The notes under the pieces: generated by a model
What the model was told of the DNA's origin: nothing
Database searches by the model: none
Seen by the model: only the letters and a program-made list of their open reading frames with translations
Shown: one piece after another, positions 1-10,182 of the stretch
Layout: each line of letters begins with the position of its first letter
Position numbering within the stretch: position 1 is the first letter of the stretch
Source: Alistipes finegoldii
GTDB lineage: Bacteria > Bacillota > Clostridia > Christensenellales > UBA1242
NCBI GenBank assembly: GCA_963614045.1
Contig: CAVEBU010000003.1
Span: 986 to 64,985 of the forward strand
Direction: 5' to 3'
DNA: 64,000 nt
Program-made: the position numbers and the translations under genes

Positions 1-73
1 CATTAATATCAATATCATCTTTGAGATGGTTTTCAATATATTCAACAACTGAATTCAGAGTTTCAAAAAACAT
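1..73 (-). CDS. 5' end of a CDS running off the window (MFFETLNSVVEYIENHLKDDIDIN...). The N-terminus is reminiscent of AraC/XylS-type regulators but is too short to call.
   Basis: ATG at 73 read by hand on the minus strand, open to position 1. Promoter-like hexamers lie just upstream. Confidence 0.3.
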   Translation of the reverse strand, partial: MFFETLNSVVEYIENHLKDDIDIN

Positions 74-95
74 AAATTTGCTCTCATTTTCAACT

Positions 96-124
96 ATCAT
101 AACATAAAATTGATAAAATTGCAA
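96..124 (-). promoter_or_regulatory. Sigma-A-like promoter TTGCAA-17-TATGAT (TGT extended -10)
   Basis: -35 at 124-119 and -10 at 101-96 on the minus strand, 17-nt spacer, about 22 nt upstream of the ATG at 73. Confidence 0.4.
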
Positions 125-193
125 TAAATTCACCATACTTGCATAGAATTTATGAATTACAACACGTTTTCATATCAATTTTTAAAACACTCA

Positions 194-218
194 ATAAAAA
201 AATAAGGCCTAAGCCTTG
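194..218 (-). terminator. Weak intrinsic terminator after xseB
   Basis: Minus strand AAGGC-TTAG-GCCTT followed by ATTTTTT. The stem is only 5 bp. Confidence 0.3.
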
Positions 219-337
219 AAATAATGCTGAACTTTAATTAAAGCTCTTCATTTTATAAATTATATAAAAATTCCTTTAAGATTATTAAAATTTATTAGAT
301 TCTATACTACGATTTAAAAATTTAATAGCAAAAATCC

Positions 338-547
338 CTATTCATTTAAAGGTTTTTCCACGAGTTTATCCAACTCCTCACGCAAAACAGTGATTTTGCC
401 TTTACTTTCGTTTAACATTTTGTAGCAATCCTTTGTAATGCTAGCGCCCTCACTAAAAAGTGCGTTGACCTCATCAAGTTTCGCCTCACCACTTTCCAAG
501 CATTTTACTATTTCCTCTAATCTTTTAACTGATACTTCAAAATTCAT
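338..547 (-). CDS. xseB: Exodeoxyribonuclease VII small subunit
   Basis: 69-aa helical protein (VKRLEEIVKCLESGEAKLDE...). A 4-nt overlap with the xseA stop gives the classic xseA-xseB pair. Confidence 0.85.
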   Translation of the reverse strand: MNFEVSVKRLEEIVKCLESGEAKLDEVNALFSEGASITKDCYKMLNESKGKITVLREELDKLVEKPLNE

Positions 548-1731
548 TTTATACCCTCACTTTTATTTCTGACCACGCAAAGCAATTCGCCATCCGTAAG
601 TCTAACATTAATTTCGTCATTAGGTTGCACCTGACAAATTTTACTGATAATTTCACCATTTTTGAGTGTTTGGCTGTAACCCATTCGCAAAATCTTTATG
701 GGGTTTACGTTCTCCAATTTCCCTGTTAATATCTCAAAATCGTGTGTTTTTTTATGAAAAATGTCACAGACTTCTGTCTTCAAGCTATTTTTTAATGTCG
801 AAATTTGCATAAAGCCGTCCTGAATAGCCAACGTTGATATATGACTCATTTCGCCCACCAAACTATCTACCCTTGCTTTACTAATTTCAAAAAAAGAACT
901 CGTTTGGCTTTGCAATCTTCTACATAAATCAGCCAAATTTTTGGACAAATCTGCAATGTTTACAGCCACAATTTCTGCGGCGGCGGACGGTGTCGGCGCT
1001 CGTAAATCCGCAACAAAATCGGCGATTGTAAAATCAGTTTCGTGACCAACCGCACTAATTACTGGTTTAGTCGTTTCAAAAATCGCATATGCTAGTTTCT
1101 CGTCATTAAATGTGCTTAAGTCCTCTGCAGAACCTCCACCACGAGCGATAATAATTACATCGACGTCGGTTTTATCAAGCGCCCGCAAGCCGTCAATTAT
1201 CGTGCTTTCCGCCCCAATTCCCTGCACTTTTGCAGGATAAAGAACAATATCAAGCATAGGATTTCGCCTGCTCGTAATATCGATAATGTCTTGAATTACC
1301 GCTCCCGTTTCACTAGAAACAACGCCAACACGCCGAATTATGCTTGGAAGCGGTTTTTTCTTATCCGCATCAAACATACCGAGCGCCGACAATTTGTTTT
1401 TCATTTCCATAAATTTTTGATAAAGTAGCCCTTGCCCGTACGGTTCAATTCTCACCGCATTAAAACTAAATTTGCCACCTTTGATATAGTAGTTCGGTGA
1501 GCCGACCACCAGCACTTGCTCGCCCTCTTTCGGAATAAAGCCACTTTCCGCGCCGAAACACACACATGATAACACCGCCCCCTCATCTTTTATGGTAAAA
1601 TAAAGGTTGCCACCTGACATCGAAGTGGACGAAACTTCACCAAATATTGAAATATTGTGCAAAATTTCCTCAGCTACAAAAATATTATGTACATAATTAT
1701 TAAACTGGGATACCGAAATTACATTACTCAC
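544..1731 (-). CDS. xseA: Exodeoxyribonuclease VII large subunit
   Basis: N-terminal OB-fold region plus ExoVII core (VLYPAKVQG, ARGGGSAEDL). The ORF-track start at 1767 lies inside nusB. GTG at 1731 behind AAGGAA is the more likely start. Confidence 0.88.
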   Translation of the reverse strand: MSNVISVSQFNNYVHNIFVAEEILHNISIFGEVSSTSMSGGNLYFTIKDEGAVLSCVCFGAESGFIPKEGEQVLVVGSPNYYIKGGKFSFNAVRIEPYGQGLLYQKFMEMKNKLSALGMFDADKKKPLPSIIRRVGVVSSETGAVIQDIIDITSRRNPMLDIVLYPAKVQGIGAESTIIDGLRALDKTDVDVIIIARGGGSAEDLSTFNDEKLAYAIFETTKPVISAVGHETDFTIADFVADLRAPTPSAAAEIVAVNIADLSKNLADLCRRLQSQTSSFFEISKARVDSLVGEMSHISTLAIQDGFMQISTLKNSLKTEVCDIFHKKTHDFEILTGKLENVNPIKILRMGYSQTLKNGEIISKICQVQPNDEINVRLTDGELLCVVRNKSEGIK

Positions 1732-2140
1732 TTGCCACAATTTCCTTATAAATTTTATCAAGCACACTATTCACAAACGCAGTACTTTTGTCAGTAGAAT
1801 ACTTTTTAACCAAGTTAATTGCTTCATTTATCGCCACGCTTGGTGGGGTTACATCACTATCAAATTTCAACTCATAAGTGCAAAGTAACAGCGCTGATTT
1901 GTCTGCTGAAAATAGCCTATCATACTTGTACGCACTCAAATTGCGCCCGATGATATCCTTTAAATCCTCCAAATTCTCACGCACACCCCCGACGAGACTT
2001 TTAACAAATTCCATATCGCTTTCGCTAAAACTAATTCCGTCGACTATATTAATAAAGTCATCTTTATCAAAACCGTTATCTACAAATTGGTCACCAAAAA
2101 TCATTTTAAACGCTACTTCACGAGCCTGTGTTCTAGTCAT
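1724..2140 (-). CDS. nusB: Transcription antitermination factor NusB
   Basis: 138 aa, MTRTQAREVAFKMIF... NusB-type N-terminus, in the conserved position upstream of xseA. Confidence 0.9.
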   Translation of the reverse strand: MTRTQAREVAFKMIFGDQFVDNGFDKDDFINIVDGISFSESDMEFVKSLVGGVRENLEDLKDIIGRNLSAYKYDRLFSADKSALLLCTYELKFDSDVTPPSVAINEAINLVKKYSTDKSTAFVNSVLDKIYKEIVASE

Positions 2141-2187
2141 TTTTCCTCCTTAATTTACGACGAAAAACCCCTGTTTTAGGGGTTTAT

Positions 2188-2562
2188 CTAATTATTTTTA
2201 TCAAACTCAACACCAACAACGTGGATATTGATAGATTTAACATTTGCCTCGGTCATAGATATAACACTGTTGCGAACATTCTCTTGCACCCTGCACGACA
2301 CATCGGCAACGCTATTGTTTGCGTAAATATTGATATAAACATCAATATTCAGCCCCTCCGAAGATGATGTAATTTTAACACCCTCGTAATAATTCGTGCT
2401 AAAAAGACGCCCTAATTTTGAACCACCAAAATTCGTGCAAAGTCCAGCAACCCCGTTAATTTCCTTCGCAGCAAGGTTTATAATAGACAGCAAAATCGTC
2501 TTATTATAACTTACTCTGCCACGTTGGTTGCTATTCATTTCTTCAAATGCCATAATAATCAC
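2188..2562 (-). CDS. Asp23/Gls24 (alkaline shock protein) family protein
   Basis: 124 aa with Asp23-like features (AAKEINGVAGL, GLNIDVYINI). Same position as yqhY between spoIIIA and nusB in bacilli. Confidence 0.75.
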   Translation of the reverse strand: MIIMAFEEMNSNQRGRVSYNKTILLSIINLAAKEINGVAGLCTNFGGSKLGRLFSTNYYEGVKITSSSEGLNIDVYINIYANNSVADVSCRVQENVRNSVISMTEANVKSINIHVVGVEFDKNN

Positions 2563-2605
2563 CTCAAATATGACTTATTATAGCACATACAAAAATATTT
2601 TTCAA

Positions 2606-3091
2606 CTATTCAACGGGAATTATTTTAATATTATCGATAGATTTTTTTGTCTGATCTTGTACAACCTTAACAATTTGCGTAACTTGGTCGTCTTTTAATT
2701 CGCTAGCCTTGACCATAACATTAACAAAATTATCGGTAAGCGACACTACAACATCTTCGTAGCCTTTCATCTTGATATTACTCTCGAGATACAACTCGTT
2801 TTCCACTGTTGCAGCCAAATTTGCTAGTGAAGTTTCGGCAGATTTTTTTGCTTCCGCACTACTGCCCGAACTATCCAAAACTGCCTGATAGTAAAGTTTT
2901 TCTTGGGTACGTGCTGTATCACGATCCGTCCTATAAGTTGAGAAGAAATTTGCAGAAGTTACCTGCGTACTCGTATTTATCACATCACCACTACTCGAAA
3001 TTTTATTAAGTGAGAGATTTAAAAAACCTGTTAGCACAAGCAAACCGAACATCACACTTAAAACAACGATTTTTTTCTTTTTTGATACCAT
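2606..3091 (-). CDS. spoIIIAH: Stage III sporulation protein AH
   Basis: 161 aa with an N-terminal TM helix, an S/T/Q-rich linker and a C-terminal globular domain. Last gene of the spoIIIA operon by position. Confidence 0.65.
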   Translation of the reverse strand: MVSKKKKIVVLSVMFGLLVLTGFLNLSLNKISSSGDVINTSTQVTSANFFSTYRTDRDTARTQEKLYYQAVLDSSGSSAEAKKSAETSLANLAATVENELYLESNIKMKGYEDVVVSLTDNFVNVMVKASELKDDQVTQIVKVVQDQTKKSIDNIKIIPVE

Positions 3092-3102
3092 TTTTTGCTC
3101 CT

Positions 3103-3681
3103 TTAATTACTACTTTTGCAGAAAATCTCAATTTGAGAACTTTCAATTTTCAACAAAGCTTGCACCGCTTTGAGAATATCCAATTTCACCTTAACATTAT
3201 CAGCACCCGTTGCGACCACAACCACCCCCTTTACCGCTGGCATAATTTCTTTGATTACAAGAGGCTCACTTGAACCGTTTACAGTGATGATTATCGGTTC
3301 TTTGCTTGAATTTTCCGTTTCGGTCTTATTGACCGCACCACTAGAAGTCGTATTCTGAGTACTGCTATTTTTTTGATCATCGGAATACGCCAAAACACGT
3401 TCAATTTCGCCGTCTAAAGTAATCATACAACTCACTTCACCTGCGCCTGCGATATCCTTGAGAACCTTGTTTAGTCGATTTTCTAGCGACTCGGCATATT
3501 GGGCTGTTGATGTTGTAACACTTTGAGAAACAATTGTTTTTTGAGTTTTATTTTCATTTGGAAAAAACATTACGCAAAGTACAGCTACCGCTATCAAAAC
3601 TACCGAATACAATTCAATATGCTTGACTTTTTTTAGTTTGGCAAAAAAATTATTCAGAAACGAAAAATCTAATTTAGCCAT
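3103..3681 (-). CDS. spoIIIAG: Stage III sporulation protein AG
   Basis: N-terminal TM helix. C-terminal ...AVKGVVVVATGADNVKVKLDILKAVQALL... is typical of SpoIIIAG. Confidence 0.8.
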   Translation of the reverse strand: MAKLDFSFLNNFFAKLKKVKHIELYSVVLIAVAVLCVMFFPNENKTQKTIVSQSVTTSTAQYAESLENRLNKVLKDIAGAGEVSCMITLDGEIERVLAYSDDQKNSSTQNTTSSGAVNKTETENSSKEPIIITVNGSSEPLVIKEIMPAVKGVVVVATGADNVKVKLDILKAVQALLKIESSQIEIFCKSSN

Positions 3682-4162
3682 ATACCACTACTTGCTCCTC
3701 TTTGATATTGCTCACAAGTTTTGTGACACTCTCCTTTATTTTGGTATAGTAATCTATATGCGCTTCATTTTTATTTATAACCAAATCGCATAAATTGACA
3801 TAAATATACTTAATAATCGTAACATTTTCGCTTTTTCCTGTCACAATTGAAACTTGCGTGCCAACATACCCCAAATCACTAAGTTTAACTTCCAAATCAC
3901 GACAAAGCACCTCAATGTTTTGATTATCAATCTCGTTTAAAAATTCAGTATCGACTTGATACCCACCATCAAACAGTTTTTTAAAATCAAAGTCGGTATT
4001 AACCAATTTGGCAACTGGCGACACAATTACAGCCACTACAACGATTGACACAATAGATTTAATATATTTACTAATCTTCCCTTCGGGTAAAATTAGGTCA
4101 ATTAAAACAATTAGCAAAACGACGCCAACCACACTTAACAAATAACCACTCAAGAATTCCAT
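3674..4162 (-). CDS. spoIIIAF: Stage III sporulation protein AF
   Basis: Start moved to ATG 4162 (MEFLSGYLLSVVGVVLL...), 2 nt after the spoIIIAE stop. Two N-terminal TM helices; operon position fits. Confidence 0.75.
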   Translation of the reverse strand: MEFLSGYLLSVVGVVLLIVLIDLILPEGKISKYIKSIVSIVVVAVIVSPVAKLVNTDFDFKKLFDGGYQVDTEFLNEIDNQNIEVLCRDLEVKLSDLGYVGTQVSIVTGKSENVTIIKYIYVNLCDLVINKNEAHIDYYTKIKESVTKLVSNIKEEQVVVYG

Positions 4163-4164
4163 AC

Positions 4165-5364
4165 TCACCCCAAATTTGCAGTGACCAACAGCATACCTAT
4201 ACTGCATACATACATAAACCCGACCCCAGCAATAATTACTAGCAACATATTGATATTTTTGGCAACAACAGTTAAAAAATTAGGTATTTTCGATTTCGTC
4301 ATCGGTTCTAGAATTGACGCAGTTAGTTTTAATCCCAAACTCAGCACAGCAATTTTTGCAATCGGCAAAAGTATCACGCAAAACGCAAGCAAAATTCCTA
4401 CACCGCCGACCGCATTTTTGATCAGCACACTACTTGCCATTACCAAATTAAATCCGTCCGAAAGATATCCGCCCAAAATCGGCACATAGCTTTTGAGCGC
4501 AAATTTAGTAGCTCGAATTGACACGCTGTCAAAATTGCCAGCAACTACCCCCTGCACCAAAATTAGTCCAAAAAATACACTAAAACAAATTCCTGCTACC
4601 CATTTAAAAATGCTGTTGAATAACGAATTGAATTTGTTTAAGCTAATTGACTTCGAAATATTGCCAACGACCGCAAAAATAAATGAGAAAGTAAACAACG
4701 GAACAAGTACAAAAGTAAAAATTTGCACCACAACATTACCGAGAAGCGCTAGTGTCGGTTGAAATATTCCGACAGTCACCGCCCCGCCCACGCTTGCAAG
4801 CAGTGTTAAAAGTATTGGAAAAATCACATCCATTTGGGTTTTTATATTGCTAATTGCTCCACTTACTTCCCCTAATAACGCCAAAACCATTCCAGAGGTT
4901 ACCACCACAACGACGCCAAAACAAACAAACTCCACAATTCGCCCAATCGATTCCGAACCCACATCTGAGCGAATATTCCCTACAAGACTACATAAAACCG
5001 TAACTAAAATGATCGTACATAAAATCGGCACGAAATTGACGACTTCACCAAAGAAGCAATCGACAAAGGCGCTCAAAAAACTCGTAGATTCCGCACCAAA
5101 ATCGCCGTTTATCAATCTTGTCACCTTATCAAAAAACGATTGTGTACCGAAAATTCCCTGACTTTTTTCGTTCAAAGAAGCAATGCAGTCGTCTAACTCA
5201 CTAAAATCGAAATGACTCAAATTTTCATAAACGTTATCGCTTAAATCGTTGTATAAATCTTCATCATCGTTTTCACAAAAAACACTAGGAATTGAAAATA
5301 TCAGCAAAATGGAAACAATAATGATTAATATAGGCAAAATTTTGCTATTTTTTAATTTTTTCAC
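4165..5364 (-). CDS. spoIIIAE: Stage III sporulation protein AE
   Basis: 399-aa polytopic membrane protein with a signal peptide. Size and order match SpoIIIAE. Confidence 0.85.
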   Translation of the reverse strand: MKKLKNSKILPILIIIVSILLIFSIPSVFCENDDEDLYNDLSDNVYENLSHFDFSELDDCIASLNEKSQGIFGTQSFFDKVTRLINGDFGAESTSFLSAFVDCFFGEVVNFVPILCTIILVTVLCSLVGNIRSDVGSESIGRIVEFVCFGVVVVVTSGMVLALLGEVSGAISNIKTQMDVIFPILLTLLASVGGAVTVGIFQPTLALLGNVVVQIFTFVLVPLFTFSFIFAVVGNISKSISLNKFNSLFNSIFKWVAGICFSVFFGLILVQGVVAGNFDSVSIRATKFALKSYVPILGGYLSDGFNLVMASSVLIKNAVGGVGILLAFCVILLPIAKIAVLSLGLKLTASILEPMTKSKIPNFLTVVAKNINMLLVIIAGVGFMYVCSIGMLLVTANLG

Positions 5365-5750
5365 GCCATTATACTCGCTATTATCTCTATTAAACTCTTG
5401 ATAATTGGGATTGCCAGCACAAAAATCGCAAGTTTGCCAGCAAGCAGAAGTTTACTAGCCACCGCATTTACCCCGCTATCGCTACAAATGTTTGCGCCAA
5501 ATTCGGTAATATAACCAACGCCAACAATTTTGAGAAGCAAAACAAACAGTTGCGGGTCTAAATTTGTGCTATCTAAAATGTATTCAAACACCCCAAAAAC
5601 CTGCTCTAACATATTCAGTATGTAAAAAAATAGCACAACAGCCCCAGCCACGCCAACCAAAACAGCGAGTTCGGGTTTGGTTTGTCGCACGACAATAATT
5701 GCGATCGTAATAATCAAGCATAGTCCCAAAATTCTAAAAATTATTTCCAT
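5361..5750 (-). CDS. spoIIIAD: Stage III sporulation protein AD
   Basis: 129-aa protein with 4 TM helices; 4-nt overlap with spoIIIAE; operon order. Confidence 0.85.
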   Translation of the reverse strand: MEIIFRILGLCLIITIAIIVVRQTKPELAVLVGVAGAVVLFFYILNMLEQVFGVFEYILDSTNLDPQLFVLLLKIVGVGYITEFGANICSDSGVNAVASKLLLAGKLAIFVLAIPIIKSLIEIIASIMA

Positions 5751-5756
5751 ACATAC

Positions 5757-5954
5757 CTAATATAGATTGAAAATATTTTGCACCGTACTAAAAAGTTCAC
5801 CCACCATATCCACAATTATGAATAAAACTACCACAAGCCCCGCTAATGTCGTAAGCGTAGCGATTTCGTCTTTGCCAGCCTGCTTTAACACTTGAGCAAT
5901 AATCGCTACAACTATCCCAATCCCTGCAATTTTAAACACGACTTCAATTCCCAT
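5757..5954 (-). CDS. spoIIIAC: Stage III sporulation protein AC
   Basis: 65-aa protein with 2 TM helices (GIGIVVAIIAQVLKQAGKDE...), typical of SpoIIIAC. Confidence 0.85.
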   Translation of the reverse strand: MGIEVVFKIAGIGIVVAIIAQVLKQAGKDEIATLTTLAGLVVVLFIIVDMVGELFSTVQNIFNLY

Positions 5955-5961
5955 TTTCCCC

Positions 5962-6453
5962 TCAAATAACTATAATAAATAACCCGATTCCCAAAATTAT
6001 GCCCAATTTTGTTGCCATTGTCCCTTTTGTGCCAACCAACTTGCTAGCACTTTGCAATTTTCCTGTAAAGTTTTGCTTCGCACTTTTTATTTCTTCTATT
6101 TGCGAAATGCTGTCAAGCTTGCCGAAATTAAGCAGAAACTCGGCAATAAATTTCGCTTCATCTTTACTAATAATCTTTTGCGTGTTTTGCCAATCACCAA
6201 GGAACTTCTCCCGATTGTTCAAATTCTTATCCAAATTATTCAAGAATTGATTAAAATCTTGCCCGTATGTTGATTTTTGAGAAGATAGAACTTTGAGAAA
6301 CGAATCTTGCATAAACGCACAATTACCCTGTAAAAACATCAAGAAATTATCCATATCGCACAAGAATTTCAGCCGTCTTTTATAACCGCTTGCCAAAGCG
6401 AAACCCAAAAACGACGAAATCATAAGCAACGCTAGTCCAATCACGAAGTTCAC
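5962..6453 (-). CDS. spoIIIAB: Stage III sporulation protein AB
   Basis: 163 aa with TM helices at both ends and a helical middle; operon order. Confidence 0.75.
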   Translation of the reverse strand: MNFVIGLALLMISSFLGFALASGYKRRLKFLCDMDNFLMFLQGNCAFMQDSFLKVLSSQKSTYGQDFNQFLNNLDKNLNNREKFLGDWQNTQKIISKDEAKFIAEFLLNFGKLDSISQIEEIKSAKQNFTGKLQSASKLVGTKGTMATKLGIILGIGLFIIVI

Positions 6454-6456
6454 AAG

Positions 6457-7374
6457 CTACCTCCCATAAAACAAGCACGTCCCATTTTTATCAAAAACAT
6501 ACTCCACAGTCCCTTGTCCATTGCGTGAAGACAATTCAATAAATCGCTCCACGACGCCAAAACTTAAGAATTCGTGCAAAATTGGTTTGTGCCTTAACTC
6601 GTCAATACTAGCGCAATGCGTGGTCGCCACGAACTTAATTCCCGCACCAACCAAACTATGCAACGCATTTGCATCGTCTTGAGTGGAAATTTCGTCTAGA
6701 ATTATCACCTCAGGACTCATCGTCCTAATTGCACTACTAATACACTTCTCTTTAATACCGCCCGAATATACATCAACAAAACTTCCCGCATAAAGCGAAT
6801 TTTGCCCGTTATTGCTCGCACAAATTTCCCGCCGTTCATCCACCACAAGCGCATTATGGACAATATGTTTATCGCAAAGATGTGTGCAAATATCTCTAAT
6901 AAAGGTAGTTTTTCCAACTGCTGGCGAGCCATAAATTATGGTATTGAACACACTTTTTTCATCATAAAGATACTTTAAAACACTCAGACTGCAATTCTTA
7001 ATCACATGCGGGAAGCGAATATTTATGGAACTGAAATTCTTAATTGTCTTAACTTGTCCATTTTCAACAACAACATCACCACAAAGCCCGATTCTTGAGC
7101 CATCACGCAAAGTGACAAAGCCTTGCTTGATTTCTTCGTTAAAACTATAAATACTTGACTCGCACGCTCTAAACACGATGTCAAAAATTTCCTGCGAAGT
7201 CGGACGAAGCGCTTCACCGATTTCTTGCGTAAGTCCTGCCTCACCCAAAAACTGCCGACCAGCGTATTCTAGCACGGTAGGAAGCCCCGCACGCAATCGC
7301 AATTCGCTTATTTTATCGCAATTAAGCGTCAACATCGCACGCCTAAAACGATCGGGTAAGATTTCAATAACCAT
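6457..7374 (-). CDS. spoIIIAA: Stage III sporulation protein AA (secretion-type ATPase)
   Basis: Walker A GSPAVGKTT and Walker B VIILDE. First gene of the operon, behind an AAGGAGG RBS. Confidence 0.85.
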   Translation of the reverse strand: MVIEILPDRFRRAMLTLNCDKISELRLRAGLPTVLEYAGRQFLGEAGLTQEIGEALRPTSQEIFDIVFRACESSIYSFNEEIKQGFVTLRDGSRIGLCGDVVVENGQVKTIKNFSSINIRFPHVIKNCSLSVLKYLYDEKSVFNTIIYGSPAVGKTTFIRDICTHLCDKHIVHNALVVDERREICASNNGQNSLYAGSFVDVYSGGIKEKCISSAIRTMSPEVIILDEISTQDDANALHSLVGAGIKFVATTHCASIDELRHKPILHEFLSFGVVERFIELSSRNGQGTVEYVFDKNGTCLFYGR

Positions 7375-7435
7375 TCGGATAACCTCCTTTGCTAGTATAT
7401 TATTATAGTTTTATGTGATTTATGTTAAAAACGCA

Positions 7436-7459
7436 AAGAAAAAAGAGCCTGTTCGCTCT
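7436..7459 (-). terminator. Intrinsic terminator after the TIM-barrel gene, upstream of spoIIIAA
   Basis: Minus strand AGAGC-GAACAG-GCTCT followed by TTTTTTCTTT. Confidence 0.4.
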
Positions 7460-7490
7460 ACTTAACTTGTATAAATTAATGCCTCACGAT

Positions 7491-8342
7491 TTAACTCTGC
7501 ATTTTGCTGTGAAAATACCTACTCATAGCCAAAGCGTCAATCGCTTGCGTGCCTGATGACTCGCAAATGATTACAGGATTTAGTTTTAGTTCCATTATTG
7601 CATCAATCATTGGCTCAAAATTCGGACCGAATTCCGTATCTTCAAAAGTCAAATGCTTAACCTCACCTTTTGCATTATACATAATTTTGGAAAAGTGTAT
7701 GTGCAGATCGTTCATTTTTGCATAACCTAATTTATCAATACCCATTTGCAAAATCTCGCAAAAATCTGCTTTAGTCCGCAAACCACCTTGCAAAATGCAG
7801 TTTATATGCCCAAAATCTAGCGTAGGAATTAAACACTCATCAAGGCTACAAATATCATACATCTCTTGATACGAACCAATTTGCGTGTACTTCCCCATTG
7901 CTTCAGGGCATACAATCAAATCACGATATTCGCTGTCCCGCTTTTGCGTCAAAAATTCCTTAAAAGCCTCCTTGATATTACTAAGTGCTTCTTCACGAGA
8001 AAATTTCATTTGCGAACCAATATGCACAACGCAATGCCGACCACCCATTTCTCGCAAATTCCTTAGGCTCTCAAACAAAAACTTCGGATTATTGATTTTA
8101 GCTGTTTCGCTTGTATTTGCAAAATTTATATAATATGGAGCATGCACACTAACTTCAACACCGCATTTTTTAGCCTCTTCGCCAATCTCCTGCGCCGTTT
8201 CGGTTTTCAAAAACTTCCCCAAGCCAAACGAATACTCAAAAGCATTTAGCCCCATTTCGCTAAGCCATTTGGGTGCGTCTTTTGTGTGCTTGTAACCCGC
8301 TTCATAAAAAGCTTCACTGTTTCCTGAAGGACCAAATCTCAT
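7491..8342 (-). CDS. Xylose-isomerase-like TIM-barrel protein, endonuclease IV (AP endonuclease 2) family look
   Basis: 283 aa with metal-ligand-like blocks HAPYYINFAN, VVHIGS, CPEAMG, LDFGH and HIHFS. Family-level call only. Confidence 0.5.
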   Translation of the reverse strand: MRFGPSGNSEAFYEAGYKHTKDAPKWLSEMGLNAFEYSFGLGKFLKTETAQEIGEEAKKCGVEVSVHAPYYINFANTSETAKINNPKFLFESLRNLREMGGRHCVVHIGSQMKFSREEALSNIKEAFKEFLTQKRDSEYRDLIVCPEAMGKYTQIGSYQEMYDICSLDECLIPTLDFGHINCILQGGLRTKADFCEILQMGIDKLGYAKMNDLHIHFSKIMYNAKGEVKHLTFEDTEFGPNFEPMIDAIMELKLNPVIICESSGTQAIDALAMSRYFHSKMQS

Positions 8343-8356
8343 TTCCTATGTACACC

Positions 8357-9208
8357 TCATAACCAAATTTTCATTTTTGCCAGTTTTTGCGAATCAATCT
8401 CACAAAGCCCCCGCAAGATTCCGCTACTATAAAAAGCATAGATTCCCGCAGGTTCGTCTATATTTAGACGTTTACCATTAAGTAACGTTTTCATTTCGTT
8501 GTCAGTATCAAAATTCAGCTTGGGAACATTCCCCAAGACAACCTCAGGCGGTAAGAGTTTATCCAGACTAACATCATCTAGAGAAACCGCTTCGTCCAAT
8601 TCGAAAACGCCCGCTTTTGTTCGCACAAGCGCCGTCATTGTCCCCACTGTACCAAGCCTTGTCGCCAAATCTCTACACAAACTGCGTATATATGTACCCG
8701 CACTACACTCAATATCAAAAGTAAAAACGTTTTGCCTTTCCGTCCCAATCAAATCAAACTTATAAATATGTATAGGGCAAGCAGACAGCGTAACTACTTC
8801 GCCTGCACGAGTAATATCGCTTGCACGCCTCCCGCCCACATTTTTAGCACTAAAAAGTGGTGGAACTTGCATAATATCACCCAAAAACTCGCCCGAAACG
8901 TCGTTAATTTGACTCGCTAAAATAATTTTGTCGTCCCGTTTGATAACCTCACCAACACTATCCAAAGTATCAGTCATAAAACCAAAAGAGAATTCCGCAC
9001 AATAAAATTTGCGTTTTGTAAGCATAAAGTCAAAAAGCCTAGTAGCCCGACCGATAGCAATCGGCAAAACTCCGCTCGCTTGCATATCCAATGTCCCCAT
9101 ATGCCCAATTTTTATTGATTTATCTAGCCCCAATTTACGCTTAATCATACCGACAACTTGCGCACTCGTCATACCAACGGGCTTATTTACGTTAATAAAA
9201 CCTATCAA
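8357..9208 (-). CDS. truB: tRNA pseudouridine(55) synthase
   Basis: GFINVNKPVGMTS and the catalytic GHMGTLD motif; synteny with rbfA and infB. Confidence 0.9.
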   Translation of the reverse strand: MIGFINVNKPVGMTSAQVVGMIKRKLGLDKSIKIGHMGTLDMQASGVLPIAIGRATRLFDFMLTKRKFYCAEFSFGFMTDTLDSVGEVIKRDDKIILASQINDVSGEFLGDIMQVPPLFSAKNVGGRRASDITRAGEVVTLSACPIHIYKFDLIGTERQNVFTFDIECSAGTYIRSLCRDLATRLGTVGTMTALVRTKAGVFELDEAVSLDDVSLDKLLPPEVVLGNVPKLNFDTDNEMKTLLNGKRLNIDEPAGIYAFYSSGILRGLCEIDSQKLAKMKIWL

Positions 9209-10182
9209 ACTTTTTTCTCCAAAACACTAATAGTTTGCTTTAAAAGTGCGTCAAAAGCCTTCTCGAAATCACCTTTAAGAGTAAGTCCGCTCGCACGCAA
9301 ATGTCCGCCACCGCCAAAATGCGAGGCAATTTGCGACACATCAACATCATCACACACCGACCTAAGCGACACATGATACTCGTTTTTAACAGGTTCGGAA
9401 ATGCTAATGCTCACCTTTACACCCTCAACATTTGGTAAATATGAAACTATAAATTTTGTTTCGTTTAGGACAGCTTTTGTTTCCTTAAAATCGTTCTCAC
9501 GCACTATCGACACTAGAATTTCATCATTATGATAAAATTTCAACGACTTAAAAGCACGTTGTGTGACTTCCATAGAAGCGTGCGTTTTGGTTCTAAAACA
9601 CTTCAAAAGAAATTGGTCAGCTCTAAACCCTGTAGACAAAAGCTTACTTAGACAAACAAACGTATCAGGGCAAACGTTAGAATACACAAAACCACCTGTA
9701 TCAGTGTAAATCCCGATATACAGGCACTTCGCTACCCTGGTATTAAGCTTATAAAATGGCGCAAACAAATAGAATAACACTTCGCAAGCGCTGGATCTAA
9801 AGCCCTCAACAAAGTTGAATTGCGCATATTCTTGATTGGAAAGATGATGGTCAATATTAAAGGTATATGTCGCTTTTCCACGAATATTAGCGACATTTTT
9901 TGGCAAAAGCTTTACATCCGCCGTATCCACAGTAATCAGCACATCGTAACTCTTCTCAACTTCGGTAACGAACGTATAGTCCTCAGCAAAATTGCGGAAA
10001 GTCACATCCAAAGCTTGTTCCAAAATTATGTCAGCATCTATGCCGTTTTGACGCAAAATCTCTTGCAAACCCAAGCACGAGCCAATTGCGTCATAGTCAG
10101 GATTTTGATGACCCGAAATCGCCACCGCTTGCGCTTTCTTACAAACTTTAATTAGATTTTTGGCAAAAGCTTTACTCTTCAT
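9205..10182 (-). CDS. nrnA: DHH/DHHA1 phosphoesterase (NrnA-type oligoribonuclease/pAp phosphatase)
   Basis: DHH motifs (GHQNPDYDAIGS, DHH at IDHHLSN) and DHHA1 GGGGHLRASG; position between rbfA and truB. Confidence 0.75.
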   Translation of the reverse strand: MKSKAFAKNLIKVCKKAQAVAISGHQNPDYDAIGSCLGLQEILRQNGIDADIILEQALDVTFRNFAEDYTFVTEVEKSYDVLITVDTADVKLLPKNVANIRGKATYTFNIDHHLSNQEYAQFNFVEGFRSSACEVLFYLFAPFYKLNTRVAKCLYIGIYTDTGGFVYSNVCPDTFVCLSKLLSTGFRADQFLLKCFRTKTHASMEVTQRAFKSLKFYHNDEILVSIVRENDFKETKAVLNETKFIVSYLPNVEGVKVSISISEPVKNEYHVSLRSVCDDVDVSQIASHFGGGGHLRASGLTLKGDFEKAFDALLKQTISVLEKKV